Sequence record: PZ050807.1
DNA: 45,190 nucleotides
Direction: 5' to 3' (one strand)
Origin: a phage
In this document: piece by piece, positions 17,462-26,153 of the stretch
How the letters are laid out: every line of letters begins with the position of its first letter
How positions within the stretch are numbered: the first letter of the stretch is position 1
Position numbers and translations under genes: made by a program
The notes under the pieces: generated by a model
What the model saw: the letters and a program-made list of their open reading frames with translations, nothing else
The model's database searches: none
Told to the model about the DNA's origin: nothing

Positions 17462-17542
17462 GCGCATTGGTTGCCAATATGGTTAATTTGTGCGCGCATT
17501 GGTTGCCAGATTGGGCATTAAATCTATATCGCATTGGTTGCC
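17462..17542 (+). repeat. Three direct iterons GCGCATTGGTTGCC spaced about 35 bp apart (candidate origin or operator array)
   Basis: Repeat copies at 17462, 17494 and 17530, immediately after the primase-helicase stop. Confidence 0.6.
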
Positions 17543-17580
17543 GTGTAGTGCTAAATAAGTGAATAGTTATGCAAAATAAG

Positions 17581-17755
17581 TGCATAAAACAAACGGGACA
17601 AAAACGGGACAAACGACAAACGGGACAAAACGGGACGTCCCGCCGTCCCCCTCAGGAGTGGCGCGGGTTTGAGGCAAACGGGACAAGCGGGACAGACCAC
17701 AGTCTTTCAGACTAGACGGGGGGTATGGTCCCCCCTCCGTCTGAGACTGCATAAA
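17581..17755. repeat. Structured non-coding element A: ACGGGACA iterons, CGGGACGTCCCG palindrome and a long stem-loop; paralogue of 34104..34440
   Basis: Direct comparison with copy B: about 150 bp near-identical. Confidence 0.6.
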
Positions 17756-17907
17756 AGCTCTGGTTGCATAATCAACGGCAGCATAGTGAAAAATGCGGCG
17801 GGGGTAGATCTCGGCAACCAATGCGAGTTGAAGAGTGGAGAGTGAAAAATGCAGTTTGCAATTGCAACTCATAGCGATCAGCATTTTCATGCGCGTGATT
17901 AATATTG

Positions 17908-17936
17908 GTTGCACCCACCTTGGCACCTTGCTATAT
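17908..17936 (+). promoter_or_regulatory. Rightward promoter of the TTGGTTGCA family: -35 TTGCAC, 17 nt, -10 TATATT
   Basis: TTGCAC(17908..17913)-17 nt-TATATT(17931..17936). Confidence 0.5.
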
Positions 17937-17965
17937 TGGCTGCACACCATCATGAGGACTGAACA

Positions 17966-18292
17966 ATGAAAAAATTAATCTGGGTTTACGCGTTGGCGGT
18001 GGCTAAGGAGCAAGAAGCGGCAGCGTATATCACCCCGTGCAGTTATGCAGTCGAACGCTTGGAAGCGGCCCAGGCCGTTGTCCGGGTGATGAAGCGCGCA
18101 ATCATCGGTAGGCTGGAGGACCGATTCGACACGATGGCAGAGATCCAGCCACTGGCGAACGCAATCCAGGACTACGCGCTTGCATTTGCCCGTGAACGCC
18201 TGGCATACCGGTTTGGTATCGGGGAAACGGCAGTGGCTAACATCGCCCGCATTCAGGCCCAGCGTGAGCTGCACGCCATACTCGCGAAATAA
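17966..18292 (+). CDS. Hypothetical protein, 108 aa
   Basis: ORF downstream of the promoter. Confidence 0.5.
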   Translation: MKKLIWVYALAVAKEQEAAAYITPCSYAVERLEAAQAVVRVMKRAIIGRLEDRFDTMAEIQPLANAIQDYALAFARERLAYRFGIGETAVANIARIQAQRELHAILAK

Positions 18293-18571
18293 GTGGCCAA
18301 AATGACACGCAGACGCGCTCAATGGCTTTCATGGCACATTCCCCTACATAGCATCCGTTTATGGGCGCAGAACGCGATTGAGGGCGATTCTGTGTTCTGG
18401 AGCTATCTGGATGACGTCAAGCCGCTGACGCAGACCAGAAAGCTGCACCAGTTCATGAACGAACACGGACTGCCGGTGAAAACGTCATTGCAACCAATCG
18501 GCATCCGTATTACATTACGCCGTAAGCCAATCGTTGAGCAGGTTGGCAAACACAGGAGACTGACAAAATGA
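18293..18571 (+). CDS. Hypothetical protein, about 90 aa
   Basis: ORF; start is GTG 18293 or ATG 18302. Confidence 0.4.
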   Translation: MAKMTRRRAQWLSWHIPLHSIRLWAQNAIEGDSVFWSYLDDVKPLTQTRKLHQFMNEHGLPVKTSLQPIGIRITLRRKPIVEQVGKHRRLTK

Positions 18572-19164
18572 AATTGATCTTCCGCCATAAACATAATGGG
18601 CGATTCCTTACCCCAATCCAGGTGCTGCCGAACTATGTGCGCCTGCACCACGAAGCCAGCGACCGCGTATTCTGGTTTAAGAAAGCCACTCTGCCGAAAT
18701 ATTTGCAGGTTGTGCATCATGACGTCCGCGTCGGCGATGTGCTGCGGGATATTCGGGACGGTGCGCTGTTCGTAGTCCAGCGTGTGACTACCTTCGGCGT
18801 TGTACTGCAATGCGGAGCGATCCGACGCCGTCTATTTTCTGTCGGCCTGGTGAACTACACTCGCGTGGGCCGGAACTATGTGCCTAAGCAGTTCAAGCGC
18901 TACGACGCTAGCCAAGTCAACGCTCGCATGAATGCGACCCTTAATGACCTGATTGCGAAACAGGATGCCGTGACGAACGCACAGCGCCATGCGCAGGAAT
19001 ACGGTGTGGGATTCATCCGGGTAGAACGAGACGGCAGTATGACGTCCATCGACCCGCGCTCGACCCAACTGAAGATAGTCGAAGTGAGCAAATGTTGCCG
19101 GGCAGAAGTTGTGCGCGACCCCGGCGGGCAAGCCTTCTGTCGCGAGTGTGCGGGTGTGATATGA
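18568..19164 (+). CDS. Hypothetical protein, 198 aa, with C-terminal Cys cluster
   Basis: CCRAEV...CREC zinc-ribbon-like end. Confidence 0.5.
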   Translation: MKLIFRHKHNGRFLTPIQVLPNYVRLHHEASDRVFWFKKATLPKYLQVVHHDVRVGDVLRDIRDGALFVVQRVTTFGVVLQCGAIRRRLFSVGLVNYTRVGRNYVPKQFKRYDASQVNARMNATLNDLIAKQDAVTNAQRHAQEYGVGFIRVERDGSMTSIDPRSTQLKIVEVSKCCRAEVVRDPGGQAFCRECAGVI

Positions 19165-19301
19165 GCGCAACCATCCGTGATATGCTTATGCACAACCGTT
19201 TTGAGATAGGCGGTCGGGTGTTTCGCAATTACTTCGTGGCGCGTGCCTGGGCGCGCCATATTGGCAAACCGGAGAGTGAAATTAAATGCTACACGATGTG
19301 A
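19161..19301 (+). CDS. Hypothetical small protein, 46 aa
   Basis: ATGA overlap with the upstream gene; weak. Confidence 0.3.
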   Translation: MSATIRDMLMHNRFEIGGRVFRNYFVARAWARHIGKPESEIKCYTM

Positions 19302-19573
19302 TGTTTTGGTTTGGTATATTCTGCGCAATCTTGCTGGTTGGCGCTGTCACCCTGGTTATTGCAGTCTGGTTTATATGGCCTGCCGTTGAGGCCGTGAGCA
19401 TTACCCGCATGACCTTCGCCTACTACAAGAAACACGGCATCACGCAACATTCCAGCAGGCTTAGGGTGTGGTGGCTGTGGTATCGCGATATGCTCGGAGG
19501 CAGGCGGTTCGAGGCCATCAGGTCACACGGTTGGGAATGGCAAGGCGTAGGACGCTGGTCAATTTCAGAATAA
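19286..19573 (+). CDS. Small membrane protein, 95 aa
   Basis: N-terminal transmembrane helix FWFGIFCAILLVGAVTLVIAVWFIW. Confidence 0.45.
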   Translation: MLHDVMFWFGIFCAILLVGAVTLVIAVWFIWPAVEAVSITRMTFAYYKKHGITQHSSRLRVWWLWYRDMLGGRRFEAIRSHGWEWQGVGRWSISE

Positions 19574-19593
19574 TTATGCAGTCGTGATATAGT

Positions 19594-19627
19594 CCCCAGT
19601 GAGGTTTAATCTTACTGGGGCTTTTTT
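19594..19627 (+). terminator. Intrinsic terminator immediately upstream of the holin gene
   Basis: Hairpin CCCCAGTGAGG-TTTAAT-CTTACTGGGG followed by CTTTTTT. Confidence 0.6.
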
Positions 19628-19930
19628 ATGGAAGTTTTCCACAAATTAGATGAATGGGTAATTATCGCCGCTGCCGGGGTGGCGGGTGGCTTCGTAGGTG
19701 CGCGTATGCACCCGGAAGCTGCACAAGGACCGGTAAACTTTGTGCTGTTCGTCGTCGTTGGCTTCCTGTGTGCTGTATTTGGTGCACCAGCCATCGCCGA
19801 ACTGACCGGCTTGACCAGTCAGCGCATGATCGCAGGTCTTGGATTCGTAACGGCAATCTTCTGGATGCCGATTGCGGCACGGATCCGAGAGCTAATCGCT
19901 AATGCCCGCTTTCCGGGAGGTGCCAAATGA
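19628..19930 (+). CDS. Holin candidate
   Basis: 100 aa with two to three transmembrane segments, directly upstream of the endolysin. Confidence 0.55.
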   Translation: MEVFHKLDEWVIIAAAGVAGGFVGARMHPEAAQGPVNFVLFVVVGFLCAVFGAPAIAELTGLTSQRMIAGLGFVTAIFWMPIAARIRELIANARFPGGAK

Positions 19931-20193
19931 TTTTCGGCGTCGATGTTTGTGCGTGGTTTGGCGTTATGTTCTTCCTCATCGTCGGCGTGTCGTCGCTGTA
20001 CAACGTCTACGCCGCATCCGTGAATGACGGCCTTGTTGGTCGTGTGCTCTATCTCTTAACGGCAGTCTTCTGCGTGGTCGGCTTGATGCAAACCGGGCAT
20101 GTGGAGAACGCCACTATCAACGCCATTTGCTGGCTGTTTGCATTGCGCACCCTGCGCAATGCTGTTTTGAAAGGTGTAAAACATGCAATTTAG
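19927..20193 (+). CDS. Second small membrane protein (holin or antiholin-like)
   Basis: 88 aa, hydrophobic; ATGA overlap with the holin. Confidence 0.4.
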   Translation: MIFGVDVCAWFGVMFFLIVGVSSLYNVYAASVNDGLVGRVLYLLTAVFCVVGLMQTGHVENATINAICWLFALRTLRNAVLKGVKHAI

Positions 20194-20668
20194 TGAGAAT
20201 GGTTTGCGGTTTACTGCCGCATGGGAGACGTTTAGCCCGGTGCCCTACTTCGCCACGAAGAAAGAGCAGGAGCAAGGTCTTTATACCTGGGGCTTCGGTC
20301 ATACGGGCACTAACCCGCCGCGCAGCATTACCCGCACTGAGGCAATGGAACTACTGCGCAAGGATATTGCCATTGCTGAGAAGTTTGTTCAGCGCGCAAT
20401 GCCGATCGGGGCGTTCAACCAGGCCCAGTACGACGCGCTTGTGGATCTGGTCTTCAACGTAGGGCCGCGTGCCATCGGGGCTAATACCGGAACTGGTCGT
20501 GCAGTTCGTGCCGGTGATATTCAGACGATCCGTGCTAAACTGCCTCAATTCCGTATGCAAGCCGGGGTTGTTGTCAAGGGTCTGGTGCGTCGCGCTAACG
20601 GACGCCTGGCACTATTCGACGGTAAGCAGTGGGACGTTGCCGAGCGTATCGGTCGTAATTCAGTTTAA
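20183..20668 (+). CDS. Endolysin, GH24 (T4-type) lysozyme
   Basis: ENGLRF...GLYTWGFGHTG and FNQAQYDALVDLVFNVG match the T4-lysozyme family pattern. Confidence 0.8.
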   Translation: MQFSENGLRFTAAWETFSPVPYFATKKEQEQGLYTWGFGHTGTNPPRSITRTEAMELLRKDIAIAEKFVQRAMPIGAFNQAQYDALVDLVFNVGPRAIGANTGTGRAVRAGDIQTIRAKLPQFRMQAGVVVKGLVRRANGRLALFDGKQWDVAERIGRNSV

Positions 20669-20677
20669 GGGGGAGAT

Positions 20678-21085
20678 ATGTTAAAAAGTATTCTTGATCA
20701 TAATTCGGACGCGCTTGACGCGTTGGCTAAAACGGACGACGCTGGCGCGCGTCGCATCATTGCAGACACCATCAGCCATGCCGGGGTGTTTGGTGCAAGC
20801 CTTCCGGGACCGAAGCCTGATGTGAAGGTGACAAGCGCAACGGTATCGGTAGAGCCAGAGGCGGTTAAAATCGGCACCCAGTCTAAGGCTACGGTGGCGG
20901 TGCAACCGGCAGGGGCAACCGATAAATCCGGCGTGTGGATTAGTGGGTCGCCAACCATCGCCACCGTTGACGCTTCTGGTAATATCGACGGCAAAACTCC
21001 AGGTTCTGTCGATATTATTTGGGTGGCTAAGGATGGAAGCGGGGTGTCGGGCCGAAAAACGGTAACTGTGTCAAACTCCGAGTAA
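20678..21085 (+). CDS. Bacterial Ig-like (Big_2) domain protein
   Basis: Pattern ATVAVQPAGATDKSGVWISGSPTIATVDASGNIDGKTPGSVDIIWVAKDGSGVSGRKTVTV is typical of Big_2 domains. Confidence 0.5.
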   Translation: MLKSILDHNSDALDALAKTDDAGARRIIADTISHAGVFGASLPGPKPDVKVTSATVSVEPEAVKIGTQSKATVAVQPAGATDKSGVWISGSPTIATVDASGNIDGKTPGSVDIIWVAKDGSGVSGRKTVTVSNSE

Positions 21086-21091
21086 AGATCA

Positions 21092-21118
21092 AGCCCGCAA
21101 CTATGGCGGGCTTTTTAT
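21092..21118 (+). terminator. Intrinsic terminator
   Basis: AGCCCGC-AACTAT-GGCGGGCT followed by TTTTT. Confidence 0.65.
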
Positions 21119-21203
21119 TGCTTGACCTGCAACCAATTAATAGCTCATACTTCTGTCGCCGTGGTATATTGATCGCGGTCAAACTGAATCAGGAAAATAT
21201 ACG

Positions 21204-22346
21204 ATGCACCCTCAAACCAAAATTACAGACGAGCAGTTGATCGCCGAAATCCAGGCGGGAACGACCGCGAAAGATATTGCTAAGAAATACGGGATTGCAC
21301 TGCGCAATGTTTATATGCGCAAAGCACGCTTATCTAAAAAGGGGATTGGGCACGGTAACGATGCCGTAATTCGTAAGCGTGTTGCCGATGGCTTCGGCGT
21401 GAAACGTGTATCCGCCCTGGTACGAGGCAATGGCGAAGAGGTCATGTCGTGGGTTATCACCGAGCAGGACAAAGAGCGCCAGCTTGAGGCGATGCGTGCA
21501 GTGCTGGACGGCATGAACAGCGAAATCACACCGGCAGCACCCGTAAGCGCGCCACCAGTCCCGATCCAGGCGCTGGACCTGCTAAACCTGTACACCGTGT
21601 CCGACTTCCACCTGGGGATGCTGGCATGGGGAGAAGAGACTGGCGAGGATTGGGATATGGCTATTGCCGAAGACCTGTTCTACCGCTGGTTTGTCGAAGC
21701 CTTTGCCCGCGCCCCGGATGCCGGAACAGGCGTGATTAACATCCTCGGTGATATGGCCCACTTTGACAGCCTGGATGCCGTTACCCCCGCAAGTGGTCAC
21801 GTCCTGGATGCCGATACCCGCTATCAGAAGCTGGTGCGCTACATGATTCGCATGGTCCGCCACGTTGTCGAACTGGCATTGCAGAAACACCACAAGGTTA
21901 AACTGCTAATCGTGCAGGGCAACCATGACGAAAGCGGTATGATCTGGCTGGCTGAGATGTTCGCTACGCTGTACGAGAACGAGCCGCGCGTTGAGGTGGA
22001 TACGTCGCCGGATGTCTATAAGATGGTCCAGCACGGTAAGACTACGCTGTTCTTCCATCACGGGCACAAGGCTAAATTCGACGCTATCGAGCCGGTCATG
22101 ATTTCGAAATTTCGTGAGGCGTTCGGATCCAGCCAGTACAGCTATGCTCACGTAGGCCACCTGCACCACCAGAAGATTATCGAATCGCGAAACATGATTG
22201 TTGAACAGCACCGCACGCTTGCCGCGAAGGATGCCTACGCCAGCCGAGGCGGTTGGATGAGCGGACGCAGTGCAAACGTGATAACCTATAGCGCGAACTA
22301 CGGTGAAGTAGCACGCTTAACCATTAGCCCGGAGATGTTGAAATGA
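21204..22346 (+). CDS. HTH-fused calcineurin-like metallophosphoesterase (phosphatase or Mre11/SbcD-like nuclease)
   Basis: Motifs DFH, GDMAHFD, GNHDE, FFHHGH and GHLHH; N-terminal HTH TAKDIAKKYGIALRNVYMRK. Confidence 0.6.
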   Translation: MHPQTKITDEQLIAEIQAGTTAKDIAKKYGIALRNVYMRKARLSKKGIGHGNDAVIRKRVADGFGVKRVSALVRGNGEEVMSWVITEQDKERQLEAMRAVLDGMNSEITPAAPVSAPPVPIQALDLLNLYTVSDFHLGMLAWGEETGEDWDMAIAEDLFYRWFVEAFARAPDAGTGVINILGDMAHFDSLDAVTPASGHVLDADTRYQKLVRYMIRMVRHVVELALQKHHKVKLLIVQGNHDESGMIWLAEMFATLYENEPRVEVDTSPDVYKMVQHGKTTLFFHHGHKAKFDAIEPVMISKFREAFGSSQYSYAHVGHLHHQKIIESRNMIVEQHRTLAAKDAYASRGGWMSGRSANVITYSANYGEVARLTISPEMLK

Positions 22347-22555
22347 TCAGACAAGTCTTCATGAGCACGCAGGCCGCACGCCTGACTGAATTACGCAAAC
22401 AACTGGAAGGACTGCGCCGATTCGAGCGCACAGCGGCAGCGGTAGGCATGAGTATGTCGGAACGGATCGAGATACTCACTCAAATTCGCCACACAGAGGG
22501 CGCAATCGAGGCAGTTAAGGCTATGCTAACCCGATACTACGGTCGACCCGTTTAA
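22343..22555 (+). CDS. Hypothetical protein, 70 aa
   Basis: ATGA overlap with the upstream gene. Confidence 0.45.
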   Translation: MIRQVFMSTQAARLTELRKQLEGLRRFERTAAAVGMSMSERIEILTQIRHTEGAIEAVKAMLTRYYGRPV

Positions 22556-22566
22556 TCTCACCACAG

Positions 22567-22589
22567 GCCCGCTTACGCGGGCTTTTTTG
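22567..22589 (+). terminator. Intrinsic terminator
   Basis: GCCCGC-TTAC-GCGGGC followed by TTTTTT. Confidence 0.65.
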
Positions 22590-22614
22590 TGTCTGCAATT
22601 CTCCCTGATATAAT
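22587..22614 (+). promoter_or_regulatory. Candidate promoter for the packaging/morphogenesis operon: TTGTGT-16 nt-TATAAT
   Basis: Consensus -10 TATAAT at 22609..22614. Confidence 0.45.
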
Positions 22615-22683
22615 CGTGACAGGTGGTTGGGCCACCTCCTATGTTGCCGATGGTCGGCGCATATGCATAAAGGGGTTATTATC

Positions 22684-23235
22684 ATGGCAGAAATCAAGGT
22701 AAAAGGCCGTCGTGCGAAGTTAGACGGGCGAGTCGCAGTCACTCCACGCCGCAAACCGGGCGAGCAAACCGAACACACCAATCTCGGACCTGAAATCGAG
22801 TACGGCAAACGCCGGAAAGGGGGCAAGTGTGGCCGTCCTACTGATTATCGGTCTGTTTATTGTCGCCAGTTGCGAGATTATTTTGCTTCAGCCGACGCAT
22901 GGCAAGTCAACTACTCGGACAAGGGTGCGGCGCAAGTTATCCCACGTAACAAGATGCCAACACTTGGGCGCTTTGCGGCGGAAATCGGGGTAGGCGTAGC
23001 ATGTCTGTATCGCTGGGCGCGTAAGCACGAAGAATTTGCCGAGGCGATGGCGGACGCGATGGAACTGCAAAAGACCTTTCTCATGGAAGCGGGTGGCGTG
23101 ACTATTGCTGCGGGATTTGCTGCATTCCTGCTTAAAGCCAACCACGGCGTACGCGACGATGCACCGCTGGAAGATGACGACGATGATAACGGCGACGTCA
23201 CTGTGGAGCCAGCCGGTAAAGGGCAGGGCGAGTAA
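22684..23235 (+). CDS. Terminase small subunit
   Basis: Position upstream of TerL; HTH GRFAAEIGVGVACLYRWARKHEEF; acidic C-terminus; start at MAEIKVKG. Confidence 0.6.
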   Translation: MAEIKVKGRRAKLDGRVAVTPRRKPGEQTEHTNLGPEIEYGKRRKGGKCGRPTDYRSVYCRQLRDYFASADAWQVNYSDKGAAQVIPRNKMPTLGRFAAEIGVGVACLYRWARKHEEFAEAMADAMELQKTFLMEAGGVTIAAGFAAFLLKANHGVRDDAPLEDDDDDNGDVTVEPAGKGQGE

Positions 23236-24620
23236 TGCGTAACTACGCGGCAGAGCACCGCGCACTAGATCGCAAGCTGGCGAAACGCAACCGTCCGCCT
23301 AAACCTACCCGTGTAGCGCAAGCGGTCCGGCTATACCAGCCGGATTGCCTGCCGCACCAGGTAGAGCTACTCCGCGACACGAAGACCAAAATCCTCGGCC
23401 TGTGTTCCGGCTTCGGCGGTGGAAAGTCATGGTCGGCGGCCCGTAAAGTCGTCCAGCTTCTGTGCCTGAATCCTGGCTATGACGGCATTGTGACCGAGCC
23501 GACAATCCCGCTTCTGGTTAAAATCATGTACCCGGAGCTAGAGAAGTCTTTCGACGAGGCCGGTTTGCGCTGGAAGTTCAATAAACAGGATAAGATTTAT
23601 AACGTACTGGTGAAGGGTAAATGGACCCGCGTAATTTGCGAGTCAATGGAGAACTACACCCGCTTGATCGGTATTAACGCCGCGTGGATTGTTGCCGATG
23701 AGTTCGACACCACGAAGCAGGACGTCGCTATGGCGGCGTATCACAAGCTACTCGGTCGTTTGCGTGCCGGTAATGTGCGTCAGTTCGTCATCGTATCCAC
23801 GCCAGAAGGCTTCCGGGCGATGTATCAGATTTTCGAAGTGGAGAAGGATAGCCAGAAACGTCTGATCCGGGCGAAGACTACCGACAACTTCCACTTACCG
23901 CCAGACTTCATCGACACGCTGCGAAGCCAGTACCCGGCAAACCTGATTGACGCATACCTGGACGGTAAATTCGTCAACCTTACATCAGGTGCGGTGTACA
24001 AGATGTTCGACCGTGAGCAGAACGCCAGTACCGAGGAAGTGCAGCCAGAAGACACGCTAATCATTGGCATGGACTTTAACGTCACGAAGATGGCGGCTGT
24101 GGTGTACGTCAGACGGCAGCGAGTCACGGAGGCGAAGGAGTTCCGCGACGAAATCCACGCAGTCGATGAGTTTGTTGACTTGTTCGATACGCCTGCAATG
24201 ATTGACGAGATTGAGGCACGCTACCCCGATCATTGTGCTGCCGGTAAGGTGGTGATTTACCCGGATAGCAGTGGCAAGTCCCGTAAGACGGTCAACGCGT
24301 CCTCTTCGGATATTGCACAACTGGAAGACGCAGGCTTTGAGGTGGAATATGACAGCGTTAACCCGCCGGTAAAAGACCGCCTGATTGCCATGAATACGAT
24401 GATGTGTAACTCGAAGGGTGTGCGTCAGTATTTTGTGAATATGGCTAAATGCCCTACACTGGCAAAATGTTTAGAACAGCAGGTTTACGACCTGAAGAAA
24501 GGCGAGCCGGATAAAACGGCCGGTGTGGACCACATGAATGACGCCGCGGGCTATCCGATTGTGCACCTGTTCCCTGTGATTCGACCGATTGCCGTTGTTC
24601 CGACCGTCGATTTCTACTAA
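23235..24620 (+). CDS. Terminase large subunit
   Basis: ATPase Walker A LCSGFGGGKSW and Walker B WIVADEFD; 461 aa; followed by portal. Confidence 0.85.
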   Translation: MRNYAAEHRALDRKLAKRNRPPKPTRVAQAVRLYQPDCLPHQVELLRDTKTKILGLCSGFGGGKSWSAARKVVQLLCLNPGYDGIVTEPTIPLLVKIMYPELEKSFDEAGLRWKFNKQDKIYNVLVKGKWTRVICESMENYTRLIGINAAWIVADEFDTTKQDVAMAAYHKLLGRLRAGNVRQFVIVSTPEGFRAMYQIFEVEKDSQKRLIRAKTTDNFHLPPDFIDTLRSQYPANLIDAYLDGKFVNLTSGAVYKMFDREQNASTEEVQPEDTLIIGMDFNVTKMAAVVYVRRQRVTEAKEFRDEIHAVDEFVDLFDTPAMIDEIEARYPDHCAAGKVVIYPDSSGKSRKTVNASSSDIAQLEDAGFEVEYDSVNPPVKDRLIAMNTMMCNSKGVRQYFVNMAKCPTLAKCLEQQVYDLKKGEPDKTAGVDHMNDAAGYPIVHLFPVIRPIAVVPTVDFY

Positions 24621-24632
24621 GAGGATAATTTA

Positions 24633-26153
24633 ATGTCTGTAAACGTGGACAACCAACACCCACTCTACGCGCGCATTGCGCCTGAGTGGAAGATGATCCG
24701 TGACTGCGTTGCAGGTGAAAGGGCCGTTAAAGCGTGCGGCCCGCTTTACTTGCCGTTTCCGTCCAGTGGCGACAACACCGACCCAAAAGCGAAGGCCCGC
24801 TACAAGGCATACAAGCAACGTGCGGTCTTCCTGAACGCCACCGCTCGCACGCTTAACGCGTTGCTGGGTATCGCCTTTGCGAAGCCAGTCACCATGAAGC
24901 TGTCCGGTAAAATCGCCGAGCTTATCGACGACGTAGACGGCAGCGGAATGCCATTGCCGCAGTTACTGCGTGGAGCGATGTCGGAAGTGCTGCAATCCGG
25001 GCGAGCCGGTTTTATGGTGGACTATGACCGCCAGGCGCATTTTGACGAACTGGGTAACGTCGTGCCGCAAACCGCCGCAGAGATGGCGATGCACCGTCCG
25101 CTCATTAAGCTGTACACGGCAGAGCAGATCATCAACTGGCGACAGACCCACGGGCAGGACACCTTGATCGTGCTGAAAGAGTGCGACGAAATCAGCACCG
25201 AAGATACCGACGATTTCGCAAACCACGAAGTTACGATATGGACCGAGCTACGAATGGTCAACGGCAAAGCACACGCCCGCCGCTGGTTTTTCAACGCAGA
25301 CACGTCCGAAGTGCAGATGGATTTACCGCGTGGCTTTACCAAAACCGACCTGGTGCCGCTGGTAGATTCTGCCGGTCGCGCACTGGATAGCCTGCCGTTT
25401 TGCTGGTGTGGTGCAGTCGATAACAACGCCACCCCGGACGCCGCGCCGCTGGCTGATATTGCGTCCATCAACATTAAGCACTACAACGCCGAAGCGGACG
25501 TTGCTGAGATTGCGCACATCGTAGGCCAGCCGACGCTAATCACTACCGGTCTGACCCAATCATGGGCCGATAAAAACCTGAAGGGTGGTATCGCGCTCGG
25601 TGCGACGAAGGGTGTTATCTTGGGCCAGAACATGGACGCCAAACTGCTTCAGGCCGAAGAACGCAACCTGTCCGTGGCATTGTGTGAACGCCGTGAGAAA
25701 CAGATGGCTAAACTCGGTGCGGCGCTGGTGGAGAAGGGGAGCGCACCTAAAACGGCAACAGAAGCGGCCTACGACGCGCAGACTGATAACAGTATCTTGT
25801 CGCTGATTGCCGGTAACGTTGAGAAGGCATTCAACAAGGCGCTTCAGATCGTGCAGTTGTTCACTGGTGACACCGCCGAGCAGACTGTAACCCTGAACAA
25901 GTTCTACACCGAAATCACGGTGGATGCGCAGTTGATGACCGCAATGATGAGCGGTGTACAGACTGGGACGGTCCGTCTTTCTGATTTCATCAAATGGATG
26001 ATGGCACAGGGTGTAATCGACGATTCGCAGACTGTAGACCAGGTGGAAGACGACTTGCGGAATCAGAATCCGTTGCCGCAAATGTCACCGGATGCGGTAA
26101 ACTTGGACGATGACGAATCGGACAAGGTAGATGACGATGCCGAGGAAAATTAA
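24633..26153 (+). CDS. Portal protein
   Basis: 506 aa ORF directly after TerL with acidic C-terminus; synteny. Confidence 0.7.
   Translation: MSVNVDNQHPLYARIAPEWKMIRDCVAGERAVKACGPLYLPFPSSGDNTDPKAKARYKAYKQRAVFLNATARTLNALLGIAFAKPVTMKLSGKIAELIDDVDGSGMPLPQLLRGAMSEVLQSGRAGFMVDYDRQAHFDELGNVVPQTAAEMAMHRPLIKLYTAEQIINWRQTHGQDTLIVLKECDEISTEDTDDFANHEVTIWTELRMVNGKAHARRWFFNADTSEVQMDLPRGFTKTDLVPLVDSAGRALDSLPFCWCGAVDNNATPDAAPLADIASINIKHYNAEADVAEIAHIVGQPTLITTGLTQSWADKNLKGGIALGATKGVILGQNMDAKLLQAEERNLSVALCERREKQMAKLGAALVEKGSAPKTATEAAYDAQTDNSILSLIAGNVEKAFNKALQIVQLFTGDTAEQTVTLNKFYTEITVDAQLMTAMMSGVQTGTVRLSDFIKWMMAQGVIDDSQTVDQVEDDLRNQNPLPQMSPDAVNLDDDESDKVDDDAEEN

Noticed and set aside
17567-17953. 128-aa minus-strand ORF spanning the GGGAC-iteron region
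   Set aside because: The ORF is made of the repeat and palindrome sequence itself, has no RBS and reads across iterons; the region is better explained as non-coding
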